From Squalus acanthias (taxonomy: Eukaryota), in contig CM059431.1 in NCBI GenBank assembly GCA_030390025.1, positions 146,880,001 through 146,944,000 on the forward strand: a stretch of 64,000 nucleotides of DNA. Direction: 5' to 3'. The notes beneath the pieces were generated by a model. It was given only the letters and a program-made list of their open reading frames with translations, was not told the DNA's origin and searched no databases. Shown here in pieces: positions 54,422-64,000 of this stretch (position 1 is its first letter; every line of letters begins with the position of its first letter). Position numbers and translations under genes: made by a program.

Positions 54422-56102
54422 ATGGATGAGTTAGTCAGGAAATATGTGAGAGCGAAGTTACCCCTCAGGGTGGGGTGGGTAAGGGTCATTATTGATGGTG
54501 CTGACCCAGTGGCTGAGGCTGAACAGCGGAGCCAAGGGTCCACCTGCCGGCCAAGGATGGTAAAGGCCGTCTGGTTAATGGCAGACCAGAGACAGTTTAA
54601 GAATGATGTGTGTAAAAATGGCTCAGATGCAGAAGGAGATGGAAGAGATGGCAAAGGATGTCCGTGATAAGGAAGCGGTTGCAAAACGGCTTCGATCGCA
54701 ATTAGACGACGAAAGATAAATTAAGAAGAGGCTGAGGGGACAGCTTAAAAATGTAAAGGAGAGGTGGTGTAATAAAGGGCAGTACCGTGAGAGCCGGTGT
54801 GTAAATAATCACAATCAGTGTGGTGTTTGGTCAGAGGAGGCGGCCAATCAGAGAGATCGGGCAGAACGAGCAGAGAAAGCTGATGAGGATCTGAAGGCTG
54901 CATTCAGGGTCACTCAGTGACAGGCTCTGGAGGACCGGAGTGCTGCCGGGATCACACTGAATGGAAGGAATTGATTAGGGAGCTGGGGGAAAAGTTGAAG
55001 GTCCAGAGGTGTATTGTGTGGGCCAGGACTCCTGTGTTTGGAGGAGATCTGCAGGATAGCAAAGGGGTTGATAAAAATCACCCGGATGGGGGCCCACAAC
55101 CTGGAAATAGCCCACCGGAGGGAGTCAGACCCCCACCTGTGGCCCTGATGTGTAACAAGCGGTCCCAGGCACCGGCCGTGGGGGCGGGTGAAAGAGCGTT
55201 GGGGGCGCTAGAGAGGGAGCTTGTGGACCCGCATAATACTGAGGAGTTAAGGAAAATGTCCAGTGATATGAACAAGCTGGCAATGGGAGGGGACCCCCAA
55301 GGACATTATCTGGAGGGAGAACAGAGGTCCGCTTTAAATCACCTGGTTGAGGAGGTAAAGAATCGCTTGCTGCTATTTACCCTGAGCTCCAGTGTCGTTG
55401 CTGGACTTCCACCAGAGATTAAGAGGGGAGAGGGCACTGACGATGCGCTAAATTTGAGGGTTGCCCAGGTTTTGGGACAGGGTACAGGGGATCATTTGAA
55501 GGCCGTGGCGGACGTGGATCAAGGCCCACACGAACACCCAGCTTTTGCTGACAGGTTATGGCCGACCTATAATGCGCCATGGGAGGGGCGGTAAGGAGAG
55601 CAGACCTCGACGGAGAAGCGCGGAACTATTGGTTGTGGACACTGATCTCCCACAGTCTGCCCTATTTACAAGCCGGAATGGCGGACTTTGACCCAGGAGA
55701 TATCACCAATACTGAGGTCAGGGTGCTGCGGAAAATGACCCTGCGTTTCGAGGCGCGCCAGGTCGATAAAAATAACTCCGGGGTAATAAGCAAGTCAAAA
55801 GGCAAGGTCTATGAAATGAAGGGAGGGGGGGGGGGGGCGCACCTCGGAAGTGGCTACAAGAGGGGAGTCAGGGAAAGAAGTGCTCTGCCTGTGGGGTGGT
55901 GGGACATTATGCACTGAACTGTAAAAGATCACCTGGGAAAGAAATGGTTGAGGCTGCCCCACGAGAGGCAGGATCTCAGCCCAGCGCCCCCAGTTATCAG
56001 GATTTCATTAGATATGTAGCTAATCAGATGAAGGAGCTTGAACCATCTCAAGGAAAGGTCCACGCGGCCCATGGGGAGGATCGCGGGGAGACCCGAGCAT
56101 GA
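54422..56102 (+). pseudogene. gag: Gag-like region, disrupted: coiled-coil N-terminus and one CCHC knuckle
   Basis: KEMEEMAKDVRDKEAVAKRLRSQL; CSACGVVGHYALNC at 55881-55922. Confidence 0.75.
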
Positions 56103-59100
56103 CGGGGCCGCGCCCAGCCCGAGTATCTGTGTCCACTCAGGTACGGTGATTGGGGAAGTCCGTGTGTAAACATCCTGATTGAGGGCGAGAGAGGGGACTA
56201 TCTGATAGACACTGGAGCGTGAAGCAGGGTAGATCCACTCTCCCACCCCGATGTGGTCTCCCTGGTCAAGTGGCGCCCCCTATGTTTTAGGAGGTTTCAC
56301 GAGTAACTCAGCAGCTGGGGCGGTCTCAGAACGTTTAATCTTCACACAAAGTGGAGATGTTTACTAATGAAATGGGATCAGCCAGGAATGGGAGTGCTGG
56401 GCTCTGACTGGATGTTGGCTCACAATGTGACAGTGGATATGGATAATAACTGTTACTGGGGCGGAGTGGACTGTGGTGAAGAAGTAATCGTTATACACCC
56501 GAGACATGGAGAAGCGTGTGTGGTAACACCTGCGGGACCCGATGACTTAGAAACACTAACGGCCAGGGTGCCCGAGAGCTATCAAACCGCAGTGCAGAAT
56601 ATCAAGGGTGCTTGTGCTACCCACAGACATGATTGTGGAAGGGTGACAGGACGTGAGGTGGGTGTGGAGGGTGAGCCAATGTCCCGGCCCCAGAAACAGT
56701 GCACGTTCCCCAAGGAAGCAGAGAGAGAGACTGAGAAAAAGCGGTTGCGTCCTTAGTAGAACAAGGGGTCCTGAGACCTATTGTGACGCATGTTAACTCT
56801 CCTGTTTGGCCAGTAAAGAAGCCAGACAATTCCTGGCGGATGACTGTAGATTACACAGTCTTGAATAAAACCATCCCTGCTTGTGCTCCCACAGGAGCAG
56901 CTGTGATTGATTTAATCGGCAACATTCCCAGCTCTGTCCCTGTGTGCCTAGTATTGGACATATCTAATGGATTCTGGTCAATTCCCTCACACCCGCAGGA
57001 CCAGTATAAGTTTGCGTTTACCTTTAAATGTCAGCAGTATGCGTTGACTTGTTTGCCACAGGGATTCCACAATAGCCCGTCTATTGTCCACCAGTGTATG
57101 GCTAACAGCCTATCAGAATTCAGTCAGCCAGGCCAGCTTGTGCAGGATGAGGATGATTCACTGCTGTTCTCAGATAGCGAAGAGGAACATGAGGAACTAC
57201 TGCAGGAAGTGTTAGAATCGCTTGCAGCCGTAGGTTTCAAGGTAAATTCCAAGAAGGCACAGATTGGGCAAAGAGAGGTTCAGTTTCTTAGATTGACAAT
57301 TCTACCAGGGGAGCGCGCGATAGACGAAGCAAAGCGCAAAACTGTCTAGGAATTGCACCGCCGGGTTCATTAGCTGCTCTCAGATCATTCCTGGGTCTGA
57401 TAGGGTTCTGTAGAGAATTTATTGATAATTAGGCAGCGACGGCAGCTCCTTTGCTGAGATTACTCAGAAAGGGAGTGGAATGGGATTTGGATGAGCGCTA
57501 TGAGGAAGCTTTTGTAAATTTGAAAAAGGACCTACACACAGCCCCAGCATTGGGGCCGGAGACCCTAAGATTACTTCTTTTTGGAATTAGCGGCAACAGA
57601 CGTCAATCTGAGTGCAGTTTTAATGCAGGAAGTGAATGGGAGTCTGAGAACAGTTGCTTATGTCACCAAAGTGCTATCTGAGGTGGAGAAGGGATACTCT
57701 ACCTGTGAGCGGCACTTGCTGGCCACATTCTGGGCAGTGAAGCATTTTGCCGTATTCCCGGGGACCCAGCCCATCACTCTCCTCACCCACCACACGCCAA
57801 CTCGCCTCCAGTTAGAAGGCCGAATTAAGCAGGGAACAGTGTCAAGCACTCGGGTAGGTACATGGACCCTACAGTTAGAAGGGATGAATCTGAAAGTGAA
57901 ACTGATAAACGATCTGAAATTAGCACCCAGCCTTATATATATGGGGGAACCCCACACTTGTACAGTCGAGGGGGTGTGGGAAACAGAAGGCAGATTCAAA
58001 CCTGGTATCCACCCTGAAGGGAGAGACATATATGTGGATGGGTCTAGTTTTGTGGAAAAGGGGGAACGTAAAACAGGATGTGGAATTTACGACCCACAGA
58101 AAGGAATGGAAGTGGCGATTAAGCTACCCACCACTCTCAGTGCTCAGCAGGCAGAGATGGCAGCTGGAACTTCTGTGGTAACACATCTCACCGATTTCAC
58201 CCCGCCCTATACGATCTGCTCTGACTCTATGTTTACATGTGATTCTTGCACAGAATATTTGGCGATTTGGGCTGGAAGAGGTTTTAAATCAGCAGATGGC
58301 AAGCCACTGGTTACCGCGCCAATGCTGGCAAACACATCGGAAGTCATAAGAAGGGGAGGCGAGGAATACTATATCCATAAGGTCAAATCCCACTCTAAAG
58401 CAGAACCCAGACGGGAGGGAAATAGGAAAGCAGACGAGCTTGCTAAGGTGGGAGCGGAGATCGGGGTCCCGTGGGACCCGTATCAATCGGGAGTGGGAGC
58501 AGTCATCACTCCGGCTGTTACTATTCCGCTTCCCCCGGATATCAAAACAATAAAGCTGACAAATGTGGTGCTAAAAGCTGCCCTCAAGGAAAGAGAAGCA
58601 GGTCAGATTGTAGAAGGGCTTATGGGGCCAAAGATGTAAACATCAGGTAAGGTATGTTTTTCAAAGGAGAGAAGTGGATTGTGCCCGAGGGATACAGGGA
58701 GGAATACATGCAACTCGCTCACGGAGGACTGGGGGCTGGACACACCGGACCCGAAACAACCTGGAAGCGGGTCGAGGAGGTAGGGTGGTGGCCTCATCTG
58801 AGGAAAGACATAGAAGATTAGTGTAAAACCTGTTCAGTGTGTGCTGCTAACAATCCTGACCCACATAAAAGAAAGGCTCCCCTCGGACACCCCCGTCGAC
58901 GAGAGGGAACGTGGCAGTGTATCCAGATAGATTTTATCGGACCCCTGCCCAACACTAAGAAGGACAATAAATATTGTCTAGTCCAAGTGGAGAATTTTAC
59001 CAAGTGAGTCGAAGCTTTCCCGTGCAAGTGTGCCGCAGCATTGTGGACGGCCAAGACCCTAGTTAAGCACATATTTTCTAGATGGGGGCTCCCTCGATTG

Positions 59101-59720
59101 GTAGAGTCAGACCAAGGGAGTCATTTTACAGGGCAAGTGATGCAAGCCACCCTGAAATTGTTTACAATTGAAGGGAAATTGCACGTAACCCACAACCCGC
59201 AGTAATCAGGGATTGTGGAAAGAATAAACCGCACGTTGAAGTTGGCCCTGCGAAAGGAATTAAACAAACAGCGCACTAAGTGGGATGAGGTACTTCCCCT
59301 AATCCTTATGGGGATACATAGTAACAAATCCAAAGGAGCGGGTCACTCCCCTCAGAATTGGTAACAGGGAGGCCCATGCGATCCCCCACACACCTGTTGG
59401 CTCCCACTCTGATAAACAAATGAAAGAAGTCACTCGGGACAAATTCCTGAGCGACCTGTGGGGAACTTTGAAAGAACTGAACTTGAGAGCCGCCCACAAC
59501 ATTGGGAAGACAAATCAACGCAACAGATTACACCTGACTCCGAGTAAACCCCAGGAGTGGGAACTAGAGAGCCAGGTAATGGTAGGAAACTATGGAGGGT
59601 GGGAGTTTGCGAACGCCTCTGCAAGGGACCGTATAACATTGTTTCAAAGCTTGTCCTATGATATAGGCGATTCAGTTACCTCAGAAAATCAAATGGTTTC
59701 ACATTAATCAGATGAAGCTG
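56103..59720 (+). pseudogene. pol: Pol, disrupted: protease, RT, tether, RNase H, integrase
   Basis: YLIDTGA; NSPVWPVKKPDNSWRMTVDY, LDISNGFW, LPQGFHNSP, QDEDD; YVDGSS/SAQQAE/SDS/GNRKAD; HHCC finger, QIDFIGP, SDQGSHF, GIVERINRTLK. Confidence 0.93.
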
Positions 59721-60040
59721 TTTCAGCCCACAAGCAGGTCAAGAAGACAGCAAGCCGCGATCATGAGCATGGTGAGACTGACTCAGCCGCTCCAATGGGA
59801 TGATGGAGAAGGGGTGCCTAATGCGGCGCCCCCACCTGAGGCACCTCCGTGTGACGAGCTGCCTCCCTAGGTACAGGATGGTGGTTACAATCGGAGGCAA
59901 CGACCTGGGAAACGGCCAAGGCTGTCCAGTGAATAGTCAGTGCAGAGCCTAAAAGACCAATGGTGGGAAGAAGGGAGGCGGGACTGGGAGTAACTCTCCG
60001 CTTTGTTCCCCTCTTCCACAGGCCAGAACAAGATAGAGAA

Positions 60041-63000
60041 ATGGGGAGGATATTTTGGTTGCTGTGTGACATCGCGCTCCATCTCGAAAGGGCAGCTGGA
60101 ACTCATGGGGAAGCATCCAGCGATTCAAGTTACGGCAGTCAGATTACCATTGCCCCGTAACTCCGACCCAAGGTATCGCTCGGGAGGTTACCCTCCGATC
60201 TATCAAGGGCATGTGTGACACAAGTTGTTCAGGAATAGTCCGGGTAACCACATACACGGTCCAAGAATGGAGGGGAACAGGTATAAAGTGTAAGAGTGGG
60301 ACTGTGAATCAGCCGTGTGTATGATTCATTCAGGCAAAGGTGGAGACAATACTGGTTACCGCCAGATAGGAGACCCTTGGGGATATAATGGGAGCCCAAC
60401 TCAATGGGAAGACCATGGGGAAACCATGTTGTGTTGGTCAAGGTGGGGCCAGGAGCCTGAGGGTATATATGGATGTGTAAACCTTCGACCAGGCCCACTG
60501 GAGAATTGGGTTAATTTTGGGTCCCAATTCCCGGTTTGCAGCCTTTCTCCTGCATTTGTGTCCGGTGCAGAAAATGACCCCCGTCATCACTGGATGCTGG
60601 GTGAAAAGGAGGGAGGGCTGGGCCATGAAATGTGTGTTACTGATCATGTATCGGAATGTGGAAACGGAACCACAGTTACCAGAGAATTCAAAGTGAAAGT
60701 CTGTCCTAAAGTCCCTCCCCCCCCCCCCCCCCACCCCCGCAAATAAAACACAATGGCGGGAAGAACAAGAGAAACCCGGGTTGTCTCCCAAACAGACTCC
60801 GGGGCCGACACATGGGTTAGTGGGAGTCCCAACTCGGATATTGTTCCATGATGTGCATCACCAGGTGGTGCCTGTGATATTAAATTTGACCGACGTGGGA
60901 ATACCGGACTGGTGGAAACCAGAAACAGCGCGGTTATATGGGAGAATGGTGTGGGATTTAAGAAAAATGATTTTTGGAATGAGCCAGCACAAATTTGGGG
61001 GAATCGGAATTCGACCCATTGGCCCAGAAATTGCAGTGTGAGGGTTCGTGCGAGGGTAAGCCCTTCCCGCGATGTCTCACTGCGCGTTGGCTTTTTCAGT
61101 CCCAGCTCGCTGGAACTTCATGTTCCAGCCATCAGCTGCGAGTGCATCGTGATCCCACAGTGCGAAGTTAGTTCGAGCGTACTGTGGGATCACGTGACTG
61201 AGTTACAGCCAATGGCAGCACACCAAGCTCTCATTCATAGAATTCACAGCGGCCATTGAACTGCTGTGAAAACTAGGAATACAACAAGCCCCCAAAAGAA
61301 GAGCTAAACCTCCATTAAATTAAAAAAAAAACCCATCACATAATTAAAATAAGTGTAATTAAATAAATTAACCTTTTTAAACAAAAAAAATAAATTTTTG
61401 AAAAAATTTTAAATCTTTTAAAATGTTATAAAAATAAACTTACCTGTCTTTAAAGTCGCTACTAAAGATTTACCTGTAAAAAAAAATTCTAAATACTACT
61501 TAATTATGTACTTACCTGGTTAAAAGAGTCTCCTGCGCTTCCTTTTTTCTTTTCCAGATTCTTCAATACTTACCTGCGTGCGCAAGCGATGAAGTGCACT
61601 GCGTGCGCGCAGCCTGTAGCGCGCACGCGGTGCACTGAGGACCCGCCCCCTTTTCGAAAGATCAATTGCCGGTTTTCAGTGCATGCGCAGTGCATGCTGA
61701 AAACCGGCAATTGAAGTCTGGCTGCGTGAGTGTACACTGTGCGTACTCTCGCGCAGCCGGATCAATTTCTGGGCCATTATCTCGCAGGGGATCAGGAGAT
61801 GGTAATGGATTTAACAATAACGTTGGGGAAATACTGAGATCACTGAAGGAAACAACGTCGGTTAGGGGGTTAAACGGGACCATATCAGAACACGACGGGG
61901 TCTGATAAATGATTCAGCCAATGTTTTTAATACCGGAACCACCCTCGTTAATAGTCTTGATTTGGCTAATTTGGATCAATCCGTAAAGGCAGTTAGAAAA
62001 CGTGTAAAGGAAATTCTGAATAAAATGAATGATCTGGAACAAGAGGAATTGAAGGAGGACCAAATTATGATACATTGATCTGCAGGACATGGTTAACTAT
62101 TTAGAATCTTACGCTAAAAGGTTAAACCAAATTTTAAAGGAGAATCTGAATGCCTCTAGTGAGGCCGCACGAAATGATGTTTGTGTAATGTATGGATCCT
62201 GGTTAGTGGAACAAGCCCGTGATAACCTGCAGAGCATTGCTGAGGGGAACTCCCATTGTGGGTGACTGATCGACACCTGAGGGCAATGTCCACTTATCAA
62301 TTTACCATCAATATGTGTAAAGTCAGGGGGTTGGTACAGGTATACCCGGTGAAACATGAATGCCATTTGCAGGAACAGAACGACATCACCTTATTAGGGA
62401 TGGTGTTGGATTATCCTATCCTGCGCGAAAAGGCGACCCCGAATCCTCTATTCCGTGTGGAGAATAGAGGAGTACGCTAGGGAGACCGCTTAGTAAGGTA
62501 TGACAAACCCCCGCAGTATGTGACCCGGGGGGATGGGACCACAAGGGTGGCCCCACATCTTACCGGGTGCGCTCAAGCTCGGGACACACTCATCTGCCCT
62601 TATGACGTGTTAGAACACGCAGCCCCTTTGTCCGGTTTCGATTGGGATGGGATAGAGTGAAACTGCATCATGAAAGTAGTAGCAGGAAAGCATTTCCCCG
62701 TACAATCTGGGTACCGAGGGAAAGGTGAGTATTGTGTCACCACCATACACCGGGAATACCTGTATGGTAACAACCTGACTTGTCCCATTGTGGCGGGAAC
62801 TTTTTGCTTTACCCCAGTTCAACCTGTAAGACTTGGGGCGCGGGTTTATTAAGCATTTATTCGCATGGGCAAGTAGATATCGCTGTAGAAGATAAATTAA
62901 AAGAGCAATTACACCAGTACGTGACTCGATTCCGCTATGACATTCCACCTCTACCAGAACAACTGGTAGAGTTAATGCAACGAGTTAGTTAGTCTCAAAA

Positions 63001-63163
63001 GTACTTTTATACGCTGTCCCAGATAAACCGGAACCTACGCAAAGAAATATATAAGATTGGGGACGATTCATTCTGGTGGGATATCGGTATGAGTATTGAG
63101 GTTCATCCCTGGATAAGAATTATCTCCCACGATTTGTTCATTGTTCAGTTGGTGATTTTGTTA
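60041..63163 (+). pseudogene. env: Env-like class I fusion glycoprotein, disrupted and split by a MITE
   Basis: RTRR|GLIND at 61887-61913, heptad helix, Cys-rich region, second helix, FWWD and hydrophobic LFIVQLVILL; start approximate. Confidence 0.75.
61021..61775. mobile_element. 755-bp MITE inserted in env
   Basis: Perfect 13-bp TIR GGCCCAGAAATTG/CAATTTCTGGGCC; ATT TSD on both sides. Confidence 0.92.
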
Positions 63164-64000
63164 TAGAAACATAGAAACATAGATGATAGGAGCAGGAGTA
63201 GGCCATTGGGCCCCTCGAGCCTGCTCCGCCATTTAATGACATCATGGCTGATCATCCAAATTCAGTACCCTGTCCCTGCTTTCTCCCCATATCCCTTGAT
63301 CACTTTAGCCTGAAGAAATACATTTATCTCCTTCTTGAATATATTTAATTAATTGGCCTCAACTGCCTTCTTTGGGACAGAATTCCACAGGTTAACCACT
63401 CTTTGGGTGAAGAAATTCCTCCTCATCTCAGTCCTAAATGGTTTACCCCTTATCCTTAGACTGTGACCGCTGGTTCTGCACACCCCAGCCATCTAGTCTG
63501 TCTAGTCCTGTTAGAATTTTATAAGTTGCAATGAGATCTCCTCTCATTCTTCTAAACTGTAGCGAATAAAAGCCTAATCGACCCAATCGCTCTTTATATG
63601 TCATTCCTGCCATCCCAGGTATCAGTCTGGTGAATCTTCGCTGCACTCTCTCCATGGCAAGAACATCCTTCTTCAGATAAGGCGACCAAAACTGCACACA
63701 ATATTCAAGGTGTGGTCTCACCAAGGCCCTGTAAAGCTATAGCAAGACATCCTTGCTCCTGTATTTGAATCCTCTCGCTATGAAGGCAGACATACCATTT
63801 GACTTCTTAACCACCTGCTGCACCTGCGTGCTTACCTTCAGCGACTGGTGCACAAGGACACCCAGGTGTCGTTGCACTTCCCCTTCTTCCAATCTATTGC
63901 CGTTCAGATAATAATCTGCCTTCCTGTTTTTGCTACCAAAGTGGATAACCTCGCATGTATCCACATTATTACATCATCTGCCATGCATCTGCCCAATCAC
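63163..64000 (-). mobile_element. CR1 LINE 3' part, runs off window
   Basis: (ATAGAAAC)n tail; [16 protein letters not shown]. Confidence 0.95.

Larger units (their letters stand above)
53699..63163 (+). mobile_element. Endogenous retrovirus, lokiretrovirus/spuma-like, degraded; 3' end interrupted by a CR1
   Basis: LTR-PBS-gag-pol-env order with the motifs listed in the entries below. Confidence 0.9.

Noticed and set aside
53699..63163. Replication-competent virus or co-opted syncytin-like env
   Set aside because: Many stops and frameshifts, RT active site reads DEDD, MITE and CR1 insertions in env

Overview
Non-coding, repeat-dense vertebrate DNA. The LINE families and tails suggest a cartilaginous fish (inference). 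No intact host protein gene is evident. (1) 1-14.5 kb is a 34-bp satellite of about 425 units with kb-scale higher-order duplications; all its ORFs are artefacts. (2) 14.8-53.7 kb is a decayed, duplicated tRNA cluster (Thr, Lys, Trp, Glu, Val, Asn) broken up by CR1/L2/Tx1 LINEs, nested TIR elements and Penelope-like elements (RT plus GIY-YIG) that carry minimal hammerhead ribozymes. (3) 53.7-63.2 kb is a degraded endogenous retrovirus: putative 5' LTR, tRNA-Lys(UUU) PBS, coiled-coil/CCHC Gag, in-frame UGA-CGG gag-pol junction, PR-RT-tether-RNase H-IN, and an Env with an RTRR|GLIN cleavage site followed by a Cys-rich subunit of about 420 codons. This combination best fits a lokiretrovirus-like lineage and is the top candidate. 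All assignments were made by eye and boundaries of old repeats are approximate.
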